64,000 nt of DNA from IMG/VR virus record IMGVR_UViG_3300047474_000681; one strand, written 5' to 3'. The translations under genes were made by a program, and so were the position numbers. Shown here piece by piece: positions 47,556-59,200 of this stretch. Source of the stretch: an uncultured virus (IMG/VR IMGVR_UViG_3300047474_000681) (taxonomy: Duplodnaviria > Heunggongvirae > Uroviricota > Caudoviricetes). The notes beneath the pieces are model-generated. The model had not been told where the DNA came from. It did not search any database and was given only the letters and a program-made list of their open reading frames with translations. Each line of letters starts with the position of its first letter. Position 1 is the stretch's first letter.

Positions 47556-47689
47556 TCCCAAAAAACGATAAATAATATTAATGCAGAGTATGACCAATAC
47601 CTGCAGGGTCAGACTGTGGTTAGCCAGCAAAGAACCTAAGGGGTGAAAATTCGGCTAGAGGGACAGGATCCCCGTACTGAGGAGAAGAG

Positions 47690-50600
47690 ATGGCTATTGG
47701 TCGAATAAGTGGTCCGCTCTTAAAAGCAAACCTGCTTCGTGAGGGAGTGGATCTAGCTTTTGAGAATGACTTACTATATCTAGATGTTACAAACAGTCGC
47801 ATCGGCATAAACAATGCAAGTCCCCAGTATGACCTAGATGTAACCGGAACTACAAGAACAACTAATTTAGAAGTACCAGGCGATGGTGCTTTCGGTGATG
47901 TTAGAATCTCTGGCAACACTGTATCTTCTGTAACAAATAGACTTCAACTTGGTGCAAATACAAATACTGTATATCAACAAAAACTTGTCATTGACGATTT
48001 TGACATAGAAAATAATGTTATTAGTACTAATGTTGCAGACAGAAATATACAAATAAACCCAAATGGCAATGGCACTGTTGAAATATTTGGTAATACAAAT
48101 GTTTATGGTAATATTACGGCAACTGGAAATATCACAGCAGACGGTAATATTACAATTGGTGATGCAGATACTGACAATGTTACCTTTAATGCAGAAATTG
48201 CAAGTGACATTGTACCAGATGCAACAGACACATATCAACTAGGTACTGACCCAGCACTTGGCGGAAAACAATGGCAAGATGTTTGGACTAACAATTTTTA
48301 TGCAGGAACAGTAACTACAACTAACATACTTGCAGACGGAATCAACTTAGCACTTCGCCAAGGTAATACATTATATGTTGCAGAAAATGGCGACGACACT
48401 TATACAGGCGATCATCCTAATGACCCCTATGCAACAATTAAACATGCACTAAGTCAAGCAACAGCAGGCGATACTATTCACATCTATCCAGGTGTATATA
48501 CAGAATTATTTCCAATGACTATACCAGCCGGTGTAACGCTAAAAGGACACAGTCTTCGTAGCGTAAATATTGTACCGCATGTTAGTTCTATTAACAACAC
48601 AGCATTTTTGCTCAACGGTGAATCTACAATCGAAGATGTTACAATTAAAGACTTCTTTGCTCCAGGATATGCTTTTGAGTTTGCAAACAACTTTACAGTA
48701 ACATCAAGATCACCATATGTTAGAAATGTAAGTGTAATTACATCAGGAAGTGTAACACCAGCAGACGACCCAAGAGGCTTTGCTCAAGGTGATGCAGGCG
48801 GAGGCGCAAAACTTGACGGCAGTATAGCAAATGCAGCATCAAGAGAAGCAGGATGTTTATTCCATAGTGTAACTTTTATTACGCCTGGAGTAGATGCATT
48901 AACTGTTACTAACGGTACAAGAATTGAATGGTTAAACTGTTTTACATACTTTGCAAACAGAGGTTTATATGCACTTAACGGTGCTACAGGATTAAAAGCA
49001 GCAGGAAAAACTTCAGTAAGAGTTAGTGATGTTACAGGAACATTTAGTGCTGCGGAAACATTTACTTACTACGATACTGACGGTGTTACAGTTCTTGCAA
49101 CAGGAACAATTGATAGTGTTGATTCAGACGGTAAATTTTATATACCAGGCAACTTAACAGGTTTAGAAACTGCTGCCGAGCGCGGCGGCAAATCTACTAC
49201 AGCATATGCTGATGCTCAGTTAAGTACAACACAGAAGAAATTTGGACAAACAAGTTTATTACTTGACGGCACTGGCGACTACGTTGGAATAACATCACAA
49301 GATGACTTTGGCTTTGGTACTGACGAATTAGAAATTAGTTTTTGGATTTACCATACTAATCCAGGTACTGTCCAAACTATTGTTGACTTTAGAGCAGGTT
49401 CAGCAGTTGATTTAGCACCTATGATATATATTGATGCATCTAATCAACTATTTTATTATACAAATAGCGGAAATCAAATTTCTGGAGCAACAATAAGCGC
49501 AAATACTTGGACACACATAGCACTGACAAAATCAGGAACAAGTACAAAATTGTTTGTTAACGGAACACAATCGGGTGCAACATATACTGACAATCATGAT
49601 TACGGCACAGCTAAACCATTAGTAATTGGATCTATTTTTGACGGCTCAGCAGATTATTTTAACGGTTACATTGACGAACTAAGAGTTTCAAAAGGTGTAG
49701 CTAGATATACTAGTAATTTTGTTGCTCCAACATCAGAAGAAACAAGTGATACAGATACATCATTGTTATTACACTTTAATGGAACTAATGCAGCAACAGT
49801 ATTTCCAGATGACACTTTAAATTCACAAGACATAAGATTTAGCGGCGGAGCCACAGCTAACTATATAACATTAGCAGATACTACAGACTTTGGCGCAGAA
49901 CTGCGTTCTATTGCAAGTGCGTGTGTATATGGAAACTACGGAGTAGTAGGCGACGGCAAAGGCGTATTAATGTACCTAGTAAGTCAAAACTTAGCTTACA
50001 TTGGCACAGGTAAATTAACTGACAACGACGATACAAATGTAATACAAGCAAATGAAGTTACTGAATTAAACGGAGCAAAAGTAAGATATAGCTCAGTTGA
50101 TCACAAAGGTGATTTTAGAGTTGGTGATTTATTCCATATTGATCAATCAACAGGTACTGTAGATTTTACTACATCAGACTTTAATATTGACACTACTGGT
50201 GGCATAACTATTAATACTGGTGGCAACGTTACTACAATTACTGGTGACAAAATTGAAACAGGAAATTTAAGATTAAGTGGTAATACAATTGAAAGTTTGT
50301 CAGGCGATATTAATTTAGATTCAGACAGCGGCACAGTTAGAATTAGTTCGTCAAGTGCTTTACAGTTACCAAAAGGAAATACAGCAAGTCGACCAACGCC
50401 TGCAACTGGTATGGTTCGTTATAATACCGATACTAATTTGTTTGAAGGTTATGACGGTAATTGGATTACATTAAGTGGAGTATACGATTTAGATCGCGAC
50501 ACTTATATAACACCAGAACTAACTCCTGGTGCAAACGACGATACTATTAGATTTTATATTAGCAATAACGTAGTTACTACAATTGATGCAGACAAATTAA

Positions 50601-51022
50601 CTACACCAAGAATTGAAGTAGATGATATTGTTATTGACGGAAATGTCATTGAAGCAACTACGCTAAATACTGATTTAGTACTGTCATCCAATGGCAGCGG
50701 AGCAGTTGTTATTGATGACTTAGCATTTAAAGATTCGACGATAACAAATAGAGCAGTAGACGCAGTAACATTATTTGAACAGTCTGGTTCTGGTTATTTT
50801 AAAATTGCAGGTACAGGAGGATTTATTGTACCTGTTGGAACAAATGTACAACGTCCAGCTTCTGCAAACAGAGAAACTGGCATGGTACGATACAACACAG
50901 AGCAAAGATATTTAGAAATATGGGACGGATTTAGTTGGGTTTCTGTAGCAGGTGCAACAGGTTCAATCAGTGTAACAGCAGCAGAAGATTTAGCAATTGA
51001 ATACGCAATAACATTAGGATAA
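47690..51022 (+). CDS. Tail fibre/spike-like protein with LamG/ConA-like domain
   Basis: Paralog of 45111 with an insert KFGQTSLLLDGTGDY...WTHIALTKSG...FNGYIDELRVSKGVARYTSNF. Confidence 0.8.
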   Translation: MAIGRISGPLLKANLLREGVDLAFENDLLYLDVTNSRIGINNASPQYDLDVTGTTRTTNLEVPGDGAFGDVRISGNTVSSVTNRLQLGANTNTVYQQKLVIDDFDIENNVISTNVADRNIQINPNGNGTVEIFGNTNVYGNITATGNITADGNITIGDADTDNVTFNAEIASDIVPDATDTYQLGTDPALGGKQWQDVWTNNFYAGTVTTTNILADGINLALRQGNTLYVAENGDDTYTGDHPNDPYATIKHALSQATAGDTIHIYPGVYTELFPMTIPAGVTLKGHSLRSVNIVPHVSSINNTAFLLNGESTIEDVTIKDFFAPGYAFEFANNFTVTSRSPYVRNVSVITSGSVTPADDPRGFAQGDAGGGAKLDGSIANAASREAGCLFHSVTFITPGVDALTVTNGTRIEWLNCFTYFANRGLYALNGATGLKAAGKTSVRVSDVTGTFSAAETFTYYDTDGVTVLATGTIDSVDSDGKFYIPGNLTGLETAAERGGKSTTAYADAQLSTTQKKFGQTSLLLDGTGDYVGITSQDDFGFGTDELEISFWIYHTNPGTVQTIVDFRAGSAVDLAPMIYIDASNQLFYYTNSGNQISGATISANTWTHIALTKSGTSTKLFVNGTQSGATYTDNHDYGTAKPLVIGSIFDGSADYFNGYIDELRVSKGVARYTSNFVAPTSEETSDTDTSLLLHFNGTNAATVFPDDTLNSQDIRFSGGATANYITLADTTDFGAELRSIASACVYGNYGVVGDGKGVLMYLVSQNLAYIGTGKLTDNDDTNVIQANEVTELNGAKVRYSSVDHKGDFRVGDLFHIDQSTGTVDFTTSDFNIDTTGGITINTGGNVTTITGDKIETGNLRLSGNTIESLSGDINLDSDSGTVRISSSSALQLPKGNTASRPTPATGMVRYNTDTNLFEGYDGNWITLSGVYDLDRDTYITPELTPGANDDTIRFYISNNVVTTIDADKLTTPRIEVDDIVIDGNVIEATTLNTDLVLSSNGSGAVVIDDLAFKDSTITNRAVDAVTLFEQSGSGYFKIAGTGGFIVPVGTNVQRPASANRETGMVRYNTEQRYLEIWDGFSWVSVAGATGSISVTAAEDLAIEYAITLG

Positions 51023-51026
51023 AAAG

Positions 51027-51356
51027 ATGGCAACACAATTTAAAAATAAAGTAGTAAAAGAAGTTGGGACAGTTCCAATCTTAGCAATAGAAACTGATGC
51101 AGCAACTAGATCAACTATTGTAGGTTTAAGTTTAGCAAACTTAACTGAGAGTGTTGTAAGTGCTAGTGTTTTAGTTCATGACGACACAAGTGTTGAAGGA
51201 TACTTTATGAAAGATGTTATGGTACCGCCAAACACAAGTTTGCGAGCACTAGCAGCAGGAGAAAAATTAATTCTTGCACCGTCAAATCAATTGTATCTTG
51301 TATCGAATCAAAGCGAATCGTTAGATGCCGTTATTAGTTATGTAGATATTGTATAA
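51027..51356 (+). CDS. Small virion beta-sandwich protein
   Basis: 109 aa, paralogous to 43866 and 61693 (GLSLAN...VPPNTSL...EKLIL). Confidence 0.75.
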   Translation: MATQFKNKVVKEVGTVPILAIETDAATRSTIVGLSLANLTESVVSASVLVHDDTSVEGYFMKDVMVPPNTSLRALAAGEKLILAPSNQLYLVSNQSESLDAVISYVDIV

Positions 51357-51367
51357 GGGGTAATGAT

Positions 51368-51739
51368 ATGTCATATATGGGACAAAATGCAGATCAAATT
51401 TTATCAGCAGTAAGAAATAGATATTTTTATGGATTACGTAGAACAGACTCTGGAGAGTTGTTTTTAGGCAAAATGGATCAAATGGATGCTAATGGAAGCA
51501 TACAAATTAATAAGCCGGGCGATAACGCAAACGATTATGATCAACTAGAAGAAGGTTTTGACTTTTACGAAGGCAGAGATATCGACCACGAGCTTCTATA
51601 TAGTAACTTAAATTACGAACAGTATAGATGGCATGATAAAAATGTTTGGTATTATGTTAATAGTGAAGGCGAATTAGTAGCAAGTGTAAATACAAAAGTA
51701 GCATATGATGATGGGTCATCTTCGGCTGGCAACGAATAA
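51368..51739 (+). CDS. Hypothetical virion-cluster protein
   Basis: 123-aa ORF with SD, in operon. Confidence 0.75.
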   Translation: MSYMGQNADQILSAVRNRYFYGLRRTDSGELFLGKMDQMDANGSIQINKPGDNANDYDQLEEGFDFYEGRDIDHELLYSNLNYEQYRWHDKNVWYYVNSEGELVASVNTKVAYDDGSSSAGNE

Positions 51740-51752
51740 TTAGGATAAAAAA

Positions 51753-54700
51753 ATGGCAGATTTTAAATTAGATAGAATACGTTTTAAATGGAAAAATCAA
51801 TGGTCTCCGACTACTGCATACATTAAAGACGAGATTGTAGAATATGCAGGGTCGACATATGTATGTCGTGTAGGACACACATCGGCAGCATCTTTTGATA
51901 TTGACTTTGGCACATTGGATCAAGAAGTATATGTAACTGTAGGAAGAAATGCTGCTGACACAGGAAACATTTATTACTTCAATGGAGTTTCAGGACAACT
52001 AAATCCTGAAATTACGTTAAAGAAAGGTTTAACATACGTATTCAATCAAGACGATCAAACTAACGTTTATTTTCCAAATGCTAACGGAGGTGCGCCAAAT
52101 CCTCATCCTATGTTCTTTAGCAAAACAGAAGATGGTACATTAGTAAACAGTGGTTTTAGATTTGAAGACGGTGTAAAATATTATATTAATCATACTGAAG
52201 TTACTGGTGATAATTATGTCGCTAATTTTAATACTGCACATTATAGAGAAATAAGAATTACTGTTCCTCTTGATGCTACACCATTCTTTTTTTACTGTCA
52301 TTTTCACACAGGAATGGGCAATGACTTTAATGTATCTAATGAAGCAGTCTGGGAAAAGCAAATCGACGGCCAAGTATATAAAAACGACTGGACCGTTGGA
52401 ACAATATATGATATAGGCGATATAGTAGTTTATAATGGATATATTTACAAATGTATTAATAGACATACTAGTACTTCGGTATTCAACGATGGATTAGAAT
52501 CAGAATCTCAGAACTGGCACATTATTTCAGAACAAGATTCGTACAAGGGTACATGGGTTAACGGCACACGCTACAGACCAAATGATGTTGTAAAGAATAA
52601 TGCAACACTATACAGATGTATTACTGGACATGTTAGTGCAGCAACAACAGACGAAGGTATCGAATTAGATTTATCTAAGTGGGAAATAGCGTTTCAAGCA
52701 TTTAATTATTTACAAGATCACAACGCCGGTATAAATTATAAAGTTAACGACATTGTTAAAAAAGGATCAAGTATTTGGAAATGTGTTACACAACACATTT
52801 CTGCAAGTCCATCAAATTTTCCATCTGAACTGAGCAATTGGAATTTATATTTAGAAGGAATGGAATTTGAAAATCAATGGGACGCAGTAGTTGAATATCA
52901 AATTGGTGATGTAGTTGACTATGGCGGATATGGATATAGAGCATTAGTAAATAATGTAAACGTAAAGCCGCAAGCAACGGATACAGCAACTTGGCAACAA
53001 GTTTATGAAAACTTTGATCACAAGGGCGATTATAATTATGATAGCTCGCAAGAATACAAAGTAGGAGATGTTGTTAGACACAACGGTTACTTATATGTTG
53101 CTATCTTAGACAATGAAGATGTAGTTGAACCTCCAAGTGCAACGCATTGGGAAGTAGTTGTTCCCGGCAGACAGTGGCGAGGTCAGTGGGCTGATCAAAG
53201 AGAATACAAACTAGAAGATCTTGCAACGTATGGATCAAACACATATATTTGTACAGTAAAGCATATATCAACAACAGGTAAAAGACCAGATACTGATTCA
53301 GTAACATGGAATTTACATGCTGAAGGTAAAACATCAAACGTACTAACAACACGTGGTGATTTAATTACATATACAAACGATCCTGCTAAACTAAACAAGC
53401 AAAGATTTGCTAGAGGTAATGAAGGACAAGTTTTACGTGTAGAATCTACAGGATTAGATTGGCAAGACCTTGATCTTATAGCTGATGTGTTCTACGTACA
53501 CCCATCTGGAATTGATAATCCAGAGAGAGGCAAAAGTTTAAACTCTCCTTATCAAACAATCAAATATGCATGTGATCAAATTAGAGCTAATCCTACATAT
53601 AGAGATTCAATTAATTACACTGCTATTGATAATGCTTTAGAATTAAGCGCATCTGCAAACGCACAATATGCTACTGATGCTCCTAATTTAAAAGCAGTAC
53701 TAGAATCAAATAATGCTAGAACAAGTAATCCATATGGCGACCTAAGTGGTTCCGGAGCAATAGTTGCCGGAGATGCTGCTTTATGGATAAGTTGGTACGA
53801 AGCATTTATCGACGGAACAACTACATGGTCAGGAACACAAGCACAAGAAGACGCTGGTCGAGATTTATGGAATCAACTAAACAGAACATTTGATACTTGG
53901 AAAAATGAAACTTTTACACAAGTAGGCGGTCTTGGAACAACCTTTAATGCAAAAGTGCAAACTTTAAAAGAATCAACTGTAATAGTTAAAACTGGAATTT
54001 ACAAAGAAATTCTTCCAATTATTGTGCCAGAAGGTTGTGCAATTGTTGGTGACGAATTAAGAAGTACAGTAATACAACCAGAAACAGGATACGAGTCAAC
54101 TAAGATGTTCTATGTTAGAAATGCTAGTGGCATTAGAAATTTAACTATGGAAGGGTTGTTTGACATATTAACTGTTGATAATGCATACTTTACTAAACGC
54201 CCAGTTAATGACGTAGCATATGTAAGTTTAGATCCAGGTACTGGCCCAACTGATGAAAGTGTTTGGATTAAAACTAGATCTCCTTATATTCAAAATGTAA
54301 CTACAATCGGTACTGGATGTACAGGATTAAAAATTGACGGAGACCTGCACGATGGCGGTAACGATTCTATTGTTGCTAACGACTTTACACAAGTACTAAG
54401 TGACGGTATTGGTGTATGGTGTACAAATTTAGGTAGAACAGAGCTTGTTAGTGTGTTTACATACTACAACCACATTGGCTATCTTGCAGAGAATGGCGGA
54501 AAAATTAGAGGTACTAATGGTAACAACTCATACGGAAAATATGGTAGTGTTGCAGAAGGTGTTGATAACACTGAAACACCAATCACTGCTTCATTAAATA
54601 ATAGAGCAGGACAAGCAATTGTTAACAATGTAGTTACTGATGGTAACCAAGTATTGACTGTAGAATATGCAAACGCAGGTGAAGGATATGATGCCAGCAC

Positions 54701-56195
54701 AACATACACAGTTACTGGCGCAGGGTCTGGAGCAGCTTCTACAACTGCTAATACTAGAGATGGCGGCATCTTCCAAATTAGATTGACAGGCACAGGACTA
54801 CTTCCTTTAGGAACAGGCTATCTACAATTACAAGGTAACGCACAGGACGGCGGGTCATTAGGTGCAGGAACTATGATAATGTCAGGAGCAGATATTAATA
54901 CATTTGCAAACTATGATGGTATGAGAATAGTTATTATTAGTGGCGCAGGTGCTGGGCAATATGGATATATTACAGCATTTGATAATGTTAGTAAACAAGT
55001 TACTGTCGCTAAAGAATCAGATGACAGTGCTGGTTGGCAGCATTTTACCGGAGCAACTCTTGTACAACCTGATAGTACAAGTAGATATCAAATTGAACCA
55101 AGAGTTGTTATTGATGATCCAACTAGCGGCACAACAGCGTTTGTAAGACTTGCTATTTCCGGCGGCGGATTAAATCAATTTAAAATTATTGAACCAGGAT
55201 CGGGTTATGTATCGTCATCACCTCCAACGGTTACAATTACAGATCCAAACGCAACATCACCAGGTGCGTGGGAAGTAAGAATTGGCGATGGCGTGTTAGC
55301 ACAGCCTACATGGTCAAATAGAGGTACTGGATATCAATCAGCATTTGTTGCAACTGTATCAGGTGCCGGTTATGCAGATGAATATCCAATTGGATCAACT
55401 ATTAATGTAACAGGATTATCGTTGATTCCAGGACCTGGCGCAAACTTAGAATTTGCCGGTACTGACACACTTTTTGCTGTAGTTGAAGTTTCAAATATTA
55501 CTGGAACAGCACCAAACTTTACAGCAACATTAGCAATAACACCGTATTTAAAATCAAATACAACACAAGCACATGCAACAGCAATCACTATTAGAGAAAG
55601 CTATAGTCAAGTTAGATTAACAGGACACGATTTCTTAGATATCGGTACAGGTAATGCAAGTGATACTGAATATCCTAGCAGATATATATTTGGTTATGAT
55701 TCTGCTAACGAGCCTAGCCAACCTAACGAAGCAGTTGACAGTGGCGGTGGTAGAGTGTTCTACACATCAACTGACCAAGATGGTAACTTTAGAGTAGGCG
55801 AGTTGTTTAAGGTTGAACAGGCTACTGGTGTTATTACATTGAATGCAGATGACTTCCAATTGTCTGGATTAACTGAACTAAGACTAGGCGGAGTATCGTT
55901 AGGTGGTACTAGCGCAGTTGTTAGAGAATTTAGCACTGACGGAGCATTAGCTGCTAACAGTGATAATATTGTACCAACACAAAAAGCACTAGCAACATTC
56001 ATTGAAGCACAAATTGGCGGTGGTGGAGCCGATGTTGTAGTCAGCGGACTATTAGCTGGACAAACAAATATATTAAATCAAGATGAAATAAGCTCTCCAA
56101 CAGGAGTAGTTAATTTTGAAGATCAAGTAAATTTCACTGACGGCATATTAGGTGATATGTTGAAAGCACAGCTATTCTTAAACGGGAATGGCTAA
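51753..56195 (+). CDS. Large fibre-like protein with Trp-rich carbohydrate-binding-type repeats
   Basis: About 8 repeats of W-x(4-5)-Y-x2-GD-V-V-x(4-5)-Y-x-C-x3-H-T-S (CBM5/12-like), followed by a beta-helix-like region; paralog of 56232. Confidence 0.8.
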   Translation: MADFKLDRIRFKWKNQWSPTTAYIKDEIVEYAGSTYVCRVGHTSAASFDIDFGTLDQEVYVTVGRNAADTGNIYYFNGVSGQLNPEITLKKGLTYVFNQDDQTNVYFPNANGGAPNPHPMFFSKTEDGTLVNSGFRFEDGVKYYINHTEVTGDNYVANFNTAHYREIRITVPLDATPFFFYCHFHTGMGNDFNVSNEAVWEKQIDGQVYKNDWTVGTIYDIGDIVVYNGYIYKCINRHTSTSVFNDGLESESQNWHIISEQDSYKGTWVNGTRYRPNDVVKNNATLYRCITGHVSAATTDEGIELDLSKWEIAFQAFNYLQDHNAGINYKVNDIVKKGSSIWKCVTQHISASPSNFPSELSNWNLYLEGMEFENQWDAVVEYQIGDVVDYGGYGYRALVNNVNVKPQATDTATWQQVYENFDHKGDYNYDSSQEYKVGDVVRHNGYLYVAILDNEDVVEPPSATHWEVVVPGRQWRGQWADQREYKLEDLATYGSNTYICTVKHISTTGKRPDTDSVTWNLHAEGKTSNVLTTRGDLITYTNDPAKLNKQRFARGNEGQVLRVESTGLDWQDLDLIADVFYVHPSGIDNPERGKSLNSPYQTIKYACDQIRANPTYRDSINYTAIDNALELSASANAQYATDAPNLKAVLESNNARTSNPYGDLSGSGAIVAGDAALWISWYEAFIDGTTTWSGTQAQEDAGRDLWNQLNRTFDTWKNETFTQVGGLGTTFNAKVQTLKESTVIVKTGIYKEILPIIVPEGCAIVGDELRSTVIQPETGYESTKMFYVRNASGIRNLTMEGLFDILTVDNAYFTKRPVNDVAYVSLDPGTGPTDESVWIKTRSPYIQNVTTIGTGCTGLKIDGDLHDGGNDSIVANDFTQVLSDGIGVWCTNLGRTELVSVFTYYNHIGYLAENGGKIRGTNGNNSYGKYGSVAEGVDNTETPITASLNNRAGQAIVNNVVTDGNQVLTVEYANAGEGYDASTTYTVTGAGSGAASTTANTRDGGIFQIRLTGTGLLPLGTGYLQLQGNAQDGGSLGAGTMIMSGADINTFANYDGMRIVIISGAGAGQYGYITAFDNVSKQVTVAKESDDSAGWQHFTGATLVQPDSTSRYQIEPRVVIDDPTSGTTAFVRLAISGGGLNQFKIIEPGSGYVSSSPPTVTITDPNATSPGAWEVRIGDGVLAQPTWSNRGTGYQSAFVATVSGAGYADEYPIGSTINVTGLSLIPGPGANLEFAGTDTLFAVVEVSNITGTAPNFTATLAITPYLKSNTTQAHATAITIRESYSQVRLTGHDFLDIGTGNASDTEYPSRYIFGYDSANEPSQPNEAVDSGGGRVFYTSTDQDGNFRVGELFKVEQATGVITLNADDFQLSGLTELRLGGVSLGGTSAVVREFSTDGALAANSDNIVPTQKALATFIEAQIGGGGADVVVSGLLAGQTNILNQDEISSPTGVVNFEDQVNFTDGILGDMLKAQLFLNGNG

Positions 56196-56231
56196 ATATG
56201 TATAAGAAGACACAAAATTTTGGAGTAAGCA

Positions 56232-59200
56232 ATGGCTGAGTTTAAATTAGGTAGAATTAGATTTGTTTGGAAAAACAACTGGGTAACTTCTACAACCTAT
56301 TACGTTGATGACGTAGTATTAGTAAACGGTAAAACATACTTGTGTGTAACCGGACATACTTCATTGTCGGACTTTAATCTAGATTTAGGAACTAACAAAT
56401 GGGAACTAATGACAGATGGTCAAAAATGGAGAAGTGACTGGCAAGCTAGTACACAATATGAATTAAATGATCTTGTAAAATATGGTTCAACAGTATACAT
56501 TTGTACTACTGGACATATGTCGCAAGCACTACTTGAAAATGACCAATCTAAATGGGATACATTCGCTCAGCCATCCTTTGATTGGAAATCAAGTTGGGCT
56601 ATTGATACTTACTACAAAGTTGGAGATTTAGTTAAGTACGGCGCTGGACTTTATCGTTGTGTTACTGGTCATACTAGTGCAGCTACTTTAGCCTTAGGCT
56701 TAGAAGCAAACGTTAATGATTGGGATAGTTTAAATACAGGTTTTGATTATAAAAATAATTGGGCAACTGATACACGATATAAGTTAAATGATGTTGTTAA
56801 ACGCGGTGGCGGACTGTGGTTGTGCCTACAAGGACATACTTCAGATTCAACAGCATTTGTAACCGACGCAGCCCATTGGGTACAATTTGTAGAAGGTTTA
56901 GAATTTGAAGATACATGGAGCAATTCTACTGCTTACCAAAGAGGCGATATTGTAAACTATGGCGGTTATCAGTATGTTGCTGTAGAAAATCATACTGGCA
57001 CAACTCCTACAACTCCAGCACAAACAGATTGGGATGTGTTTTCAACAGGCTTTAAATTTATTGGAGATTATGACAATGCCGTTGCGTATAAAACGGGAGA
57101 CGTTGTTCGCGTTGGCGGTTACACATATTTGTGTACAGCTGATAGTACTGGGAATCGTCCACCTAATGCTACATATTGGAATCGCTTAAACCAAGGTCAA
57201 GAATGGAACGGTGACTGGGCAGATGCAACATACTATGATGCTGGCGACATGGTTAGATATGATAACTCAAGTTATGTTTGTGTTGCAGAACACACATCAG
57301 ATGAAACAGTTACACAAAACAGACCAGACCAAGATTTAGTAGGTTCTTATTGGAACCAAATGGTAGGTGGTGCTGAAACTACAGTATTAACAACTGACGG
57401 AGATATTGTTTATTACTCCGGAGCAGGTCCTGCAAGATTGCCACTTGGTACAGATGGTCAAGTATTAAAAGTTAATGATTCAAACTTAGAATGGGCCGAT
57501 TTTGGTATTATCAATAATGTATTTTATGTTGCTGATAATGGTACAGATAGTATTGATTATGGATATACATTAGATAAACCTTTCAAAACTGTACGTTATG
57601 GTTTAGAAAGAATTGATATTGGACATAACAGTACTGGTGCACAAAAATTACTAGAACTTAATAGAAGTTTTATTGCTGCAGAAGCAACTGAGTGGGTAGA
57701 TTGGCAAATTGCTAATGCTGCTGGCGGAAGTATTTGGGATGGATTTACTCAAGATGATAAAGTAAAATGTGCAAGAGACATTGGTCAAATTGTTGATGCA
57801 CTTATTTGGGACTTAGGACACGGTGGCAATGCAAGAACTAGAGCTGCTACACTAACTTATTTTGATAGTGGTGCATTAATTGCTAGTATACAAGATGAAT
57901 ACCAACAATTATCAGCAACGTTAGACTACATGGAAGAAGTAGTTGACGCTGTTATTAGTAATGCAGCACCAGCAGCAAATTATCAAACACTAAACAGTGT
58001 TGGTAGTCCAATTACACAACAAATTGACGCAACATTGGTAGAATTACCTAACGATCAAGTTACACTAACTGGGTTAATTAATATAATTACAGCAGCACTT
58101 GATGCAACAGTGCCTACAGGTATTCCTGTAGAAGTTAAAGCTAATACTTCATTGTTTGTTAAAACAGGTGAGTTTAAAGAAGTACTTCCAATGATTGTTC
58201 CTGAAAGATGTGCAGTTGTAGGTGACGAACTACGTTCAACTAGAATTGCACCAATGGGAGCAATTACACCTTCGGGAGATGTATCATATAGTTTAGATGC
58301 AATATCAAGACTACAAGCTATTATGAGCGATATTGCAACAAATGGTTCAGTTACAAAAACATCTGGAAATGCAGAGACACAAGTAACAACAAGACCTTCA
58401 GGCGCAGCAGTAGCAGGCGCAGCGGCAGCAAACATAATGCAGCAAATTTATGACTACATTGATTACGGTATCAATGGTGCAACAGGAGATTCAACTGTTC
58501 CAGTTATTGCTGGTACAAACACTCCGCAAACTCATACTGATTATACTTTTGCTGTAGAATGTATTGAAGCAAACAGAGCATTCTTAGTAGCAGAAGTCCA
58601 CGCATATATTGCAGCAACATATCCTTCATATACATACGATATTGCTAAGTGTTCAAGAGATGTAAACAGATATTTAGATGCAGTAAAATACGATTTGATT
58701 TATACTGGTAACTATAAAGCATTATTAGCTGGTAGATACTATGTAAACGCTGTACTTGGATCAGTAGAAGAAGATATGTTCTATGTAAGAGACGCATCAG
58801 GTATTAGAAACTGTACAGTAACAGGCTTAACAGGCACATTGGGCAGTGATAATGCATACGGTACTAAGCGTCCAAGTGCAGGAGCATATGTAAGTTTAGA
58901 CGCAGGATGGGGTCCAGCAGATACTAGAGTTTGGATTGCAAGTAGATCTCCATATATCCAAAACGTAACTTCTTTAGGAACAGCATGTATTGGTCTTAAA
59001 GTTGACGGAGCACTACACGACGGTGGAAATGATTCAATTGTTGCTAACGACTTTACACAAGTATTAAGCGATGGCATTGGATATTGGGTTACAAACTTAG
59101 GTAGATCAGAGCTTGTTAGTGTGTTTACATACTACAACCATATTGGCTATCTTGCAGAAAACGGTGGTAAGATTCGTGCTACTAACGGTAACAACTCATA

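Noticed and set aside
53730..53790. Dockerin/EF-hand-like motif GDLSGSGAIVAGD in the 51753 protein
   Set aside because: It is a single degenerate copy lacking key Asn/Asp ligands; too weak to call.
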